A stretch of DNA of 64,000 nt, taken from the NCBI GenBank assembly GCA_938006875.1, contig CALLMJ010000091.1:13177-77176 (forward strand). Direction: 5' to 3'. This DNA comes from an uncultured Bacteroidia bacterium. Lineage in GTDB: Bacteria; Bacteroidota; Bacteroidia; J057; CALLMJ01. Below, in pieces: positions 55,859 to 64,000 of this stretch (within the stretch, counting starts at the first letter, position 1; every line of letters begins with the position of its first letter). Position numbers and translations under genes: made by a program. The notes beneath the pieces were generated by a model that had not been told where the DNA came from, made no database searches, and saw only the letters and a list, made by a program, of their open reading frames with translations.

Positions 55859-57478
55859 ATGAAAAAAATACTTTGTATCGTAGCGTTATTGCTAAATTTA
55901 GGTTTGTTTGCTCAAAATTTTCAAATTGGGCATCGCACAATAAGCCCAATTGACTCATCAAGAAGCAATCGAGTAATTCAAGATACAGAAATTTATTATC
56001 CCGCAAATACAGCGGGAGATAATGTGCCTGTAGCCAATGGAGAATTTCCTGTAATTGTTTTTGGTCATGGTTTTACAATCCGTTGGGACGCTTACAATTA
56101 CATTTGGGAATATTTTGTACCCAAAGGATACATTTGTATTTTTCCACGAACGGAGGGTAACATCAGCCCTAATCATGCGAATTTTGGTGGAGATTTGAAG
56201 TTTTTAGCTCAATGGATACAACAACAAAATGGTATCAATACATCGCCCTTTTATGGAAAAGTAAAAAATAGAGCGGCTGTAATGGGGCATTCTATGGGGG
56301 GAGGTTCCACCTATCTAGCGGCATCAGGAAATAATGTTTTTACAACCATAGTATCTTTAGCCGCCGCAGAGACAAATCCTTCTGCTAAATCTGCCGCTAA
56401 TCAAGTTACTTGCCCCGTCCTAAGCATTGCAGGCGAAGAAGATTGCGTAACACCACCTAATCAGCACCAAATCCCAATCTTTGATAGCCTCGCATCCACA
56501 GTAAAATATTACACAGAATTAAAGGGCTCTTCTCATTGTAATTTTACCAGTAGCGGAGCCTCTACTTGTTTTTCTGCCGAAGGATTGAGTTGTATAGGAT
56601 ACGGTCCATTTATTTCAAGGCAGGAACAAAATACACGTACCTTACGCGTGGCAGAGCATTGGATTGAATTTTTCTTGAAAGAACGTTGTGCTTCTTGGCA
56701 ACAATTTATGGATACGCTACAAGCTTATATTGCTAATCAGAATATTACTGCAAACCAACAAATTGGTACTCCGACTATGTTTCAGCCTGCACAGCCTTCT
56801 GTGAACCCAGTAAGTATTTGTTCAGGAAATTCTGCTACATTAAATGCTACTGACCCAGCTGGAGCAACCTTTCTGTGGTATTCCCAAGTATCTGGTGGTA
56901 CCCCGCTTTACACGGGAAATTCTTTTACTACCCCCAGTCTTAACAATAACACCACTTACTACGTTGAAACAGTGCTTAATACCTGTACTTCCAACCGAAA
57001 AAGTGTAACGGTTACAGTAAATACTGCTCAAACTCCTACGATAACTTTAAATGGTAACATCTTACAGTCCAGTACTGCTTCCTCTTATCAATGGTTTTTG
57101 AATGGAAATCCGATTCCTGGAGCTACGCAACAAACCTACAATCCCTCACAAAATGGTAGTTATACCGTTCAAATTACTGATGCTAATGGTTGTACCGCTA
57201 CATCTGCACCTTTCAATTATAGTACAACTTCTTTTCATTCCAATTTAACAGAAGATTTAAAGATTTATCCTAATCCTACTTGCGGTAACATTTTGCACGT
57301 CAAAGCTTTTTCTTACGAGAATTTAGAATATCAAATTGTGGATTTACAAGGCAGAATTTTACAATCTGGGACGTTAGATAGCGATAGCATTACTTTGAAG
57401 GATTTGACGGACGGAATGTATTTTATAAAACTATTTAAAAAAGATTTTTCGTTTGTTGGTAAATTTATAAAGAATTAG
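55859..57478 (+). CDS. Secreted alpha/beta hydrolase (dienelactone-hydrolase/cutinase-like esterase) with Ig-like modules and a T9SS type-A C-terminal sorting domain
   Basis: Signal peptide. FPVIVFGHGFT, nucleophile elbow GHSMGGG, GEEDCVTP (Asp) and GSSHCNF (His). Ig-like ICSGNSATLNA...TYYVE. CTD LKIYPNPTCGNILHV...IVDLQGRIL...GMYFIKL. Confidence 0.75.
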   Translation: MKKILCIVALLLNLGLFAQNFQIGHRTISPIDSSRSNRVIQDTEIYYPANTAGDNVPVANGEFPVIVFGHGFTIRWDAYNYIWEYFVPKGYICIFPRTEGNISPNHANFGGDLKFLAQWIQQQNGINTSPFYGKVKNRAAVMGHSMGGGSTYLAASGNNVFTTIVSLAAAETNPSAKSAANQVTCPVLSIAGEEDCVTPPNQHQIPIFDSLASTVKYYTELKGSSHCNFTSSGASTCFSAEGLSCIGYGPFISRQEQNTRTLRVAEHWIEFFLKERCASWQQFMDTLQAYIANQNITANQQIGTPTMFQPAQPSVNPVSICSGNSATLNATDPAGATFLWYSQVSGGTPLYTGNSFTTPSLNNNTTYYVETVLNTCTSNRKSVTVTVNTAQTPTITLNGNILQSSTASSYQWFLNGNPIPGATQQTYNPSQNGSYTVQITDANGCTATSAPFNYSTTSFHSNLTEDLKIYPNPTCGNILHVKAFSYENLEYQIVDLQGRILQSGTLDSDSITLKDLTDGMYFIKLFKKDFSFVGKFIKN

Positions 57479-57507
57479 TAATTTTGTTATTTTAAAATAG
57501 AGATTTT

Positions 57508-58677
57508 ATGGCTACAAAAGAAACTGCTCAACATGAGCTTATAAAAGAGAGTTTATCAAAATTTTTAACAAAGGAAGTTCTTCCATACATAGACCAGTGG
57601 GAGAAAGATAAGTTTTGTTCAAAAGAGATATTTCAAAAAATGGGGGAGCAGGGCTTTTTTGGGGTTAGTTTTCCTGAACAATATGGCGGAAGTGGATTAG
57701 ATTTTTGGGCTGCGGTAGCAGTATCAGAGGTGATGGCTAAATTTAATATGGGTGGGCTTGGCATGTCCTTGTATGCTCATAATTTTTTACCATTACCTTT
57801 AATTTTAGCCGCTGGAACAGAAGAACAAAAACAAAAATATTTGGTACCAGCACTAAAAGGAGAAAAAATTGCTGCATTAGGTATTACAGAACCCGGCGCA
57901 GGCTCCGATGTCGGTGGTATTAAAACTACTGCCGTAGAAAAAGATGACCACTACGTTATTAATGGCTCTAAAATGTTTATTACTAACGGTAATTTAGCCG
58001 ATTTTATTGTTGTGGTTACAAGAACCGGCGAAGGCTATGATTTTACTAACTTTATTTTTGAAACTAATACTCCAGGTTTCAAATCCATTGAAGTCAAAAA
58101 CAAACTCGGAATGCATACCTCCGATACCGCTCAACTTTTCTTTGATAATTGTATTGTCCCTAAAACACAAGTACTCGGACAAAAAAGTATGGGTTTTTAT
58201 TATATCATGAACAACTTACAAGAAGAAAGGTTGTTAGCTTCTGTTACAGCAACTTTTGCGGCAGAATGGGCTTTAGAAAAAGCCATTTTATATAGTAAAG
58301 AACGTGAAGCATTTGGGAGACAAATTGGTAAATTTCAAGTTATTCGTCATAAAATTGCTGAAATGGCCACTAAATTAGAGGCTTGTAAAGCCATAACTTT
58401 TAGAGCGGTTCAGGATTTTATTGATAATGGTGCAGGTGCGGTTCGTTCTATTACGATGGCTAAAGCGTTTACTTGTCATGAAGCTCAACTTATTATTGAT
58501 GAAGCACTCCAAATTCATGGTGGCTGGGGATATATGGAAGACTACGGCTTGGCAAGAGCATTTAGAGATTGTAGATTATTAACTATTGGAGCTGGTACCT
58601 CAGAAGTTATGAATGAAATTATCTCCAAAATCGTCATTGAAGAAGTGAAACATAAAACGGTTATTGACCATAGGTAA
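57508..58677 (+). CDS. Acyl-CoA dehydrogenase
   Basis: 389 aa. ALGITEPGAGSDVGG, MFITNG and a C-terminal QIHGGWGYMEDYGLARAFRD. Confidence 0.92.
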   Translation: MATKETAQHELIKESLSKFLTKEVLPYIDQWEKDKFCSKEIFQKMGEQGFFGVSFPEQYGGSGLDFWAAVAVSEVMAKFNMGGLGMSLYAHNFLPLPLILAAGTEEQKQKYLVPALKGEKIAALGITEPGAGSDVGGIKTTAVEKDDHYVINGSKMFITNGNLADFIVVVTRTGEGYDFTNFIFETNTPGFKSIEVKNKLGMHTSDTAQLFFDNCIVPKTQVLGQKSMGFYYIMNNLQEERLLASVTATFAAEWALEKAILYSKEREAFGRQIGKFQVIRHKIAEMATKLEACKAITFRAVQDFIDNGAGAVRSITMAKAFTCHEAQLIIDEALQIHGGWGYMEDYGLARAFRDCRLLTIGAGTSEVMNEIISKIVIEEVKHKTVIDHR

Positions 58678-58705
58678 TTTTGAAAATTTGTTAAGTGGTA
58701 TTGAG

Positions 58706-58730
58706 GCAGTTCATTAGGACTGCTTTTTTT
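58706..58730 (+). terminator. Rho-independent terminator after the acyl-CoA dehydrogenase gene
   Basis: GCAGTTC (58706-58712) / GGACTGC (58717-58723), a 7-bp stem with one G-U pair and loop ATTA, followed by seven T. Confidence 0.85.
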
Positions 58731-58922
58731 ACGTTTCCCATAATTTTTTATATTAATTTGGGAGCCCCTACTCTTTCCACAAGCCGCCCATTAGGTTTAT
58801 GCACTTTTAAACTAATACATAAACTCTTTCAAGCACAAAACCTTTTTAAATTAGTGTAATTCGTATCAGTAAGTGTAATGAAACGAATTGACGTAGCGAA
58901 CAACTAAATATCTTTAAAGAAG

Positions 58923-60611
58923 CTATAAAATTAAACTTTTCTCAATTTTTTGTTTAAATTCATCAATTTGTTCTAAAAATTTACTTTCTAAATTTTGAAT
59001 TTCATTCTGAATATCTAAAATAAAATCATGATCTTTAACGCTTTTCAAATTAATTTTTACATTATACAAAGCTGATTGATATGCACTAATTAAACAATTT
59101 AAAGCTGTGCCCATATCGGTAATTGCATTGGGATTTCCCTCTTTTATCATTAAAAAAATATCCCATTTCATTTCTAAACATTTTTTACAAACTTGTAAAG
59201 GGACCCATGTTGCATATTGATTAGCCTTTTCAATTTCTATTTCTTTAAGTTTTTTTTCCTGCTCATTACTTTCATTTAAACGATAAGCATTCATAACATT
59301 TTTATAGGAGTTGGAATCTTCATCAATATAATAAAGTAAATCTTGAATATGCATTTGGAATTTTTCAGCTATTTCAGAAAAGAATGGAACTTTAGAATCC
59401 CAACCTTTTTTGTTCGCAGAACCATTGGCAACCATAGCCGTTAAAGCCGCTGACAGTGCTCCACATAACGCAGCAACACTTCCACCACCAGGTATAGCAC
59501 TTTCAGATGCCAATTTTTGAGTAAAACCTTTGATAGTTTGATTTATTAATAATTTTTCTGAATTTTCTTCTTCCTGAATTGCATATTCAATGATTTTTTT
59601 CTTATAATCAAAAGGTCGAATTTCATTTAAACCTAATGTATGTATAGCAAATTGAATTAATTCTTCTTCACTTAAACCAGTTGAACGATTTTGTTTTTTT
59701 AAGTAAAATTTTGCAGTATCTAATAAACATTTTTTAGGTACTAAACCTACAATTTCAGAACCAGTAACTCTTAATCCTCTTTGAAATGCAGATTCTTCGC
59801 AAGCATGGAAAGCATCATGTAAATTTGCTACATGAATATTGGTCAAGTTCATAGAAACCTGTGCAAAACCATATTCTTCAACGTACCAGCCAATAGCTCT
59901 AACGGTTTTTAATTTTCCTGGTTCACGAACCTCTTTTCCATTTTCATCATAAACTTTTTTACCATTTTCATCTAATTTTACTCGCCCAATTTCTCTTATA
60001 TCAAAAGCTACAGAATTAGCTCTTTTAACAGAAGTTGTGTTTAAATTTACATTATAAGCTACCAAAAAGTCTCTAACACCAATAACCGTAGCACCAGATT
60101 TTTCATTAAAAGTATTTGGACCATAATCGGGTTTCCATTCATTAAGTTGCATTTTTTGGGCAAATCCTTCATATTCTCCTTCACGTATTTTTGATAAAGA
60201 TTTACGATAATCTGCTGTTGCAGCATATTCATATAAATAAACAGGAATTTGAAGTTCCTCTCCTACCCTTTTTGCTAATTTTTTTGCAAATTCTACACAT
60301 TCCTCAATTGTGATACCATCAATAGGAACAATAGGACAAACATCGGTTGCTCCCATACGTGGATGTTCACCATGATGTTTACGCATATCTATAAGCTCGG
60401 CGGCAACTTTTATAGCTTGAAAAGCGGCTTCAACTACTTTTTCAGGTTCTCCAACAAAAGTATAAACGGTTCTATTCGTAGACTTTCCAGGGTCAATATC
60501 CAATAATTTTACACCTTCAACTTTTCTGATTGCATCAGCAATTTGATTGATGATTTCTTGGTTTTTTCCTTCTGAAAAATTAGGAATACAACTAACTAAT
60601 CTTTTTTTCAT
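58923..60611 (-). CDS. ftcD: Bifunctional glutamate formimidoyltransferase / formimidoyltetrahydrofolate cyclodeaminase
   Basis: 562 aa. The N-terminus LVSCIPNFSEGKNQEIINQIA...NRTVYTFVG is typical of the formiminotransferase domain. The C-terminal helical part of about 200 aa (GGGSVAALCGALSAAL) is typical of the cyclodeaminase domain. Confidence 0.9.
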   Translation of the reverse strand: MKKRLVSCIPNFSEGKNQEIINQIADAIRKVEGVKLLDIDPGKSTNRTVYTFVGEPEKVVEAAFQAIKVAAELIDMRKHHGEHPRMGATDVCPIVPIDGITIEECVEFAKKLAKRVGEELQIPVYLYEYAATADYRKSLSKIREGEYEGFAQKMQLNEWKPDYGPNTFNEKSGATVIGVRDFLVAYNVNLNTTSVKRANSVAFDIREIGRVKLDENGKKVYDENGKEVREPGKLKTVRAIGWYVEEYGFAQVSMNLTNIHVANLHDAFHACEESAFQRGLRVTGSEIVGLVPKKCLLDTAKFYLKKQNRSTGLSEEELIQFAIHTLGLNEIRPFDYKKKIIEYAIQEEENSEKLLINQTIKGFTQKLASESAIPGGGSVAALCGALSAALTAMVANGSANKKGWDSKVPFFSEIAEKFQMHIQDLLYYIDEDSNSYKNVMNAYRLNESNEQEKKLKEIEIEKANQYATWVPLQVCKKCLEMKWDIFLMIKEGNPNAITDMGTALNCLISAYQSALYNVKINLKSVKDHDFILDIQNEIQNLESKFLEQIDEFKQKIEKSLIL

Positions 60612-60626
60612 TTTATATTAATTTTA

Positions 60627-61097
60627 CTAAAATTTACTTTTTACTGCAATAGCTGAAATCTCTACATTTACATTACGTGGTAAACTTTTCACAGCAACCG
60701 CTTCCCTAGCAGGAAGTATTTTTACCTCTTTAAAATATTCTGCATAAACACGATTGATAACTTCATAATGAGCTATATCCGTCATAAAAATGGTTATTTT
60801 TACCAAATCATTAGGCTCAAAACCTGCCTCTTTAACTATCTGAAATAAATTCTTTAAAACTTGGTGAGTTTCTTTTTCTATATCTTCTACTACCAAAGAT
60901 GAAGTATAAGGGTCAATAGCAATTTGTCCGCCAATAAACAACATATTATCTACAACTACGCCAGGACTGTAAGGAGCTATTGGATTTATTCCTTTTGGAA
61001 ATACTGCCTTAACAAAGTTCTCCTGTTGATGAAAACACTTGCATGACGTTAAATATAAGGAACTAAATAAAATGGTTATCCATAAGTTAATGCTCAT
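60627..61097 (-). CDS. RidA/YjgF-family protein with an N-terminal lipoprotein-type signal sequence
   Basis: The RidA core PIAPYSPGVVVDNMLFIGGQIAIDP...PAREAVAVKSLPRNVNVEISAIA is preceded by MSINLWITILFSSLYLTSC. Confidence 0.85.
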   Translation of the reverse strand: MSINLWITILFSSLYLTSCKCFHQQENFVKAVFPKGINPIAPYSPGVVVDNMLFIGGQIAIDPYTSSLVVEDIEKETHQVLKNLFQIVKEAGFEPNDLVKITIFMTDIAHYEVINRVYAEYFKEVKILPAREAVAVKSLPRNVNVEISAIAVKSKF

Positions 61098-61118
61098 TAA
61101 TAAAATCTATAAAAGCCA

Positions 61119-61508
61119 TTAATTTTTTACTGCAATACCTGAAATTTCTACATTTACATTTCTTGGTAAGGTTTTCACTGCAACTGCTTCTCTGGCTGGA
61201 TAAACCTCTATACCATCAAAATACTCACCGTAAATTTTATTGATAATCTCATAAAATGACATATCAGACATAAAAATAGTAATTTTTACTAAATCATTAG
61301 GAACAAATCCTGCTTCTTTCAAAACTTGAAACAAATTATTCATTACTTGATGCGTTTCATTTTCAATCGTATCAGTTACTAATTGACCGGTTTCGGGATT
61401 TATGGCTATTTGACCACTAATAAAAAGCATGTTGTTCAATAATACTCCGGGACTATAAGGAGCAATTGGTTTAATACCGTTCGGAAAAATTCCTTCTTTC
61501 ATATACAA
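61119..61508 (-). CDS. RidA/YjgF-family enamine/imine deaminase (cytoplasmic-type paralogue)
   Basis: 129 aa, collinear with the neighbouring paralogue: PIAPYSPGVLLNNMLFISGQIAINP...PAREAVAVKTLPRNVNVEISGIA. No signal peptide. Confidence 0.9.
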   Translation of the reverse strand: MYMKEGIFPNGIKPIAPYSPGVLLNNMLFISGQIAINPETGQLVTDTIENETHQVMNNLFQVLKEAGFVPNDLVKITIFMSDMSFYEIINKIYGEYFDGIEVYPAREAVAVKTLPRNVNVEISGIAVKN

Positions 61509-61514
61509 ATTATA

Positions 61515-62846
61515 TTATGATTGTATTTCAACTTTATAAAAAATAAACTGATCCTTATTTTTTCCTAAGAAATAAGCTCCTTGGGAATTTTTTATAAAAG
61601 GACGTGACAAAATTAAAGTAAATGGCTGATTGAAAAAGAATTCTTTTACAACACTCTGCCTTTCAAAGTTCCAGAAAATATAAGTTGGATTTTGATTAGG
61701 TTCAAAAAAATTCTTTGAATTCATTTTACCATTAATTAAACATAGATTACTCCAAAATACGGGTTTAATATAAATTTCATTTCCTAAATATGTAGAATTA
61801 TAATAGGGAAGCATAGTGCTACGTTTTGTTAACCAATTGGTTATGTATAAATTGTGAATAGAAAATAAAGGAGACTTTTCGATATATGGAAAATAATTTA
61901 GATTTATTCCATCATATTCAAAATAATATTGATAATTTTGACTTCCAAAAATACTTTCTAGCACCAATGAATCTTTCGGTGAATTGGAATTCAAAAAATA
62001 AGCATATTCAGGTTTTTCTGCTCCCAGAATTCCCAAACTTTGGTTTTTCTCTAATAAATAATGCTTATTAAAAAATTTTTTAAAGGAAATTTCTGAAACC
62101 CATAATGTATCATCAGTTTTAATATGGTAAAATAAACCCATTGCTGATTCACTTTTATCTCTAATTTTTAAATCCATTCCAGATTGATTTTCATATTGAA
62201 AAAAATTAACTATTTGAAGGTTTTCAAAGGGTGTGATTTCTTTTTGAAAATAACTTAATGAATTAAAGTATTTATCAAAAATTTTTACGCAAATATAGGT
62301 ATAATCAATAGATTTAACCTTCTTTTTTTGAAAATAGTACAAATGATAACCAATAGATAGTTTTACCAAATAGTATTGATAGGGATTAATTTGTTGATCA
62401 TTAAGTATGTAATTTAATGAAGGTAAAGATTCACGAACTGCTAGCTTTTTATAAGCTGGATTTACTTTTTTTTGTTTAAAATTAAAAATTCTATATCCAT
62501 ATTCTACTACATTTTTGTCATTAATAAAATTGGTTTTAGCAGAAAAAATTCTCAATGTATCAAATTGAAAATCAATATTATTATAATACTCTGTGGAAGC
62601 GTTTTCTAATTCAATTTTATATTGAAATTCCAATTCTTTATTTAAAAATACCAAAAAAAATTGGTAAGAGCCAGATAATTTCTGATTTTGAAATAACCCA
62701 ACATAACCACTATCGGTTGCAATAAACTGTGATGGCAATGAATTTGATGGCAAAATAAAAGTATTTCCCGAAGTCATAAATACCTTTTGACCTATCAATT
62801 TACTTGAAATAATTAAGAATAAAATCAAATGTAAAAGTTTTACCAT
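61515..62846 (-). CDS. Hypothetical exported protein
   Basis: 443 aa. MVKLLHLILFLIISSKLIGQ signal peptide. Asn/Tyr/Phe-rich. No family recognised. Confidence 0.7.
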   Translation of the reverse strand: MVKLLHLILFLIISSKLIGQKVFMTSGNTFILPSNSLPSQFIATDSGYVGLFQNQKLSGSYQFFLVFLNKELEFQYKIELENASTEYYNNIDFQFDTLRIFSAKTNFINDKNVVEYGYRIFNFKQKKVNPAYKKLAVRESLPSLNYILNDQQINPYQYYLVKLSIGYHLYYFQKKKVKSIDYTYICVKIFDKYFNSLSYFQKEITPFENLQIVNFFQYENQSGMDLKIRDKSESAMGLFYHIKTDDTLWVSEISFKKFFNKHYLLEKNQSLGILGAEKPEYAYFLNSNSPKDSLVLESIFGSQNYQYYFEYDGINLNYFPYIEKSPLFSIHNLYITNWLTKRSTMLPYYNSTYLGNEIYIKPVFWSNLCLINGKMNSKNFFEPNQNPTYIFWNFERQSVVKEFFFNQPFTLILSRPFIKNSQGAYFLGKNKDQFIFYKVEIQS

Positions 62847-62911
62847 TAAGTCCCAAAATTAATCAAATATAATGAATCATACAAAGTAAATACCAAAAAT
62901 TTTCTAAAAAT

Positions 62912-62946
62912 AGAAAATAAAAAATCCCTCTTCTAAAAGAGGGATT
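62912..62946 (-). terminator. Rho-independent terminator after the Omp28-like gene
   Basis: 10-bp stem 62923-62932 / 62937-62946 (AATCCCTCTT / AAGAGGGATT) with loop CTAA. On the minus strand it is followed by TTTTATTTTC. Confidence 0.8.
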
Positions 62947-62967
62947 ACTTCATGAAAAAAACATTAA

Positions 62968-64000
62968 CTAGCGATTTATCACTAATTTTTTACTTAAACT
63001 ATTGTTGGAAGTAGTAATATTTACTACATAAGTTCCATTGGAAAAATTAGAAGTATTAATATCTAATTCTTGAACACCTTGATAAAACTCAATGGATTCT
63101 TTATAAACGGTTTTACCAGTAATGTCTAAAATTTGAATATTAACCACATCTTTTGAAGGAAGATTAAATGAAATCGTTGTGAAATTAGTTGCAGGATTAG
63201 GATAAATCTCAAGACCTTGAATGCTGTTTGAGGAAGATATACTGGTTGTTGTCAAATCTAATTTTTGAGAGATTACATTAAGAACAGGTCTTTCATTCAA
63301 ATCATTAGTAAACTCTTGTACCAATCCTACAATAGAAATTCTATTTTCATCATAATCTTGTGGCAAAGTAAAAGTATAAGATTGGTTATAGGTTGCACCA
63401 TCAGTAACCATTTGAGGAATAGATCCATTAGCACCCCAAACTCCTAAAGGCCACCATCTTGCAACATGTCTATGTTGATATCCAACAATAGGATTACCTG
63501 CCTGGTAATATGGATGACCTGATTGTGAATTGTAAAAATTGGCTTGGTCCCATCCTTGACCCGTTCCTGACATACTATCTTGAACAACTACAATCCCAAA
63601 TCTATAGTCTCTATCATTTGTATTAATTTTACTATCTGCTGTTAATTCAACGGTAACTGTTCTTGTCCATGCATCATAAGAATGAGTCATAGATAGTCCG
63701 AACGGTACAGCCAGATTGTTTCTTATAGAAGCATAAATTGACCATTGAGTTCTTGATACATCTACACCCGATAGATTTAAAAACTTAAATCTATCTATAT
63801 AACCAGTTGGAAAACCACTTGCATAAACATTTACTGAGTCGGTTTGGTCATTAGACATAGCATCGTAATCATGTACTGCATAACCAATAACATTGGGATT
63901 AGAATTTAATACTTGCAATAATTTAACTGCTCCATCTGGGCAGAATTGGCACCATGCTCCCGTTGCTTCTTCTAATAAAGTTTTTTTCGCAGGTTTAGCA
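62968..64000 (-). CDS. Omp28-related thioredoxin-fold-like surface protein with a T9SS type-A C-terminal sorting domain; the N-terminus lies outside the window
   Basis: The track starts it at a TTG (63918), but the frame stays open to the window edge. My translation of 63919-63999 is AKPAKKTLLEEATGAWCQFCPDGAVKL, i.e. the EE.TG.WC..CP motif of Omp28-related proteins. The CTD is LEIYPNPATNFTTISF...IQILDITGKTV...GTYVVNI. Confidence 0.75.
   Translation of the reverse strand, partial: AKPAKKTLLEEATGAWCQFCPDGAVKLLQVLNSNPNVIGYAVHDYDAMSNDQTDSVNVYASGFPTGYIDRFKFLNLSGVDVSRTQWSIYASIRNNLAVPFGLSMTHSYDAWTRTVTVELTADSKINTNDRDYRFGIVVVQDSMSGTGQGWDQANFYNSQSGHPYYQAGNPIVGYQHRHVARWWPLGVWGANGSIPQMVTDGATYNQSYTFTLPQDYDENRISIVGLVQEFTNDLNERPVLNVISQKLDLTTTSISSSNSIQGLEIYPNPATNFTTISFNLPSKDVVNIQILDITGKTVYKESIEFYQGVQELDINTSNFSNGTYVVNITTSNNSLSKKLVINR

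Noticed and set aside
52153-63447. Shadow ORFs 52153-52371, 52517-52717, 55958-56176, 56840-57031, 57994-58210, 61886-62071 and 63265-63447
   Set aside because: All are embedded in the NlpC/P60, esterase, acyl-CoA dehydrogenase, hypothetical 443-aa and Omp28-like genes, with no independent support.
1-64000. Search for tRNA, rRNA, tmRNA, SRP RNA, transposases, integrases, toxin-antitoxin pairs, restriction-modification or other recognisable defence systems
   Set aside because: I saw no T-loop/acceptor-stem patterns in any intergenic gap, no rRNA-like conserved blocks, and no proteins with DDE, tyrosine or serine recombinase, RT, nuclease-helicase or methyltransferase motifs. This check was by eye only and would miss highly diverged or very small elements.

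Overview
AT-rich (roughly one-third G+C by eye) chromosomal segment, most likely from a member of the Bacteroidota. Three things support that assignment. Several proteins end in T9SS (Por) C-terminal sorting domains. There are CarboxypepD_reg-type TonB-dependent receptors, an rpmG-DUF4295 pair and a BshC. Matches to the TAnnTTTG -7 promoter motif are also present. I can support about 48 protein-coding genes. Two of them run off the window edges and are missing from the supplied ORF track (1-2188 and 62968-64000), and one 56-codon gene is below the track's size cut-off (7686-7856). Housekeeping content: rnc-fabF-acpP, aroA, rpmG, greA, dnaE-trxA, pyrF, nuoH (isolated from other nuo genes), bshC, a CCA-adding enzyme, parA-parB and ftcD. 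Envelope and secreted content is dense. It includes a tightly packed TonB-receptor-like / 1316-aa CTD protein / PorV-like barrel triad, a tail-fibre-like protein with an S74 chaperone domain, a 1660-aa five-fold lamin-tail-domain protein, a haem-motif/copper-monooxygenase-like CTD protein, an alpha/beta hydrolase with a CTD, and an Omp28-like CTD protein. I found no rRNA, tRNA, CRISPR array, transposase, integrase or obvious prophage. The most unusual thing is non-coding: a 0.74-kb, comparatively GC-rich higher-order tandem array at 30963-31700. It has 12 copies of a 29-nt direct repeat grouped into five units, and each unit is closed by an inverted copy. Related GC-rich hairpin elements sit in three other intergenic gaps (33.1, 36.1 and 41.4 kb). 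A second candidate novelty is a signal-peptide-bearing, extremely basic protein made of about 20 degenerate H-[KRN]-x-L-D repeats (53465-55480), apparently co-transcribed with a DUF3109 Cys-rich protein. All functional calls rest on reading the translations and recognising motifs. No database search was possible.
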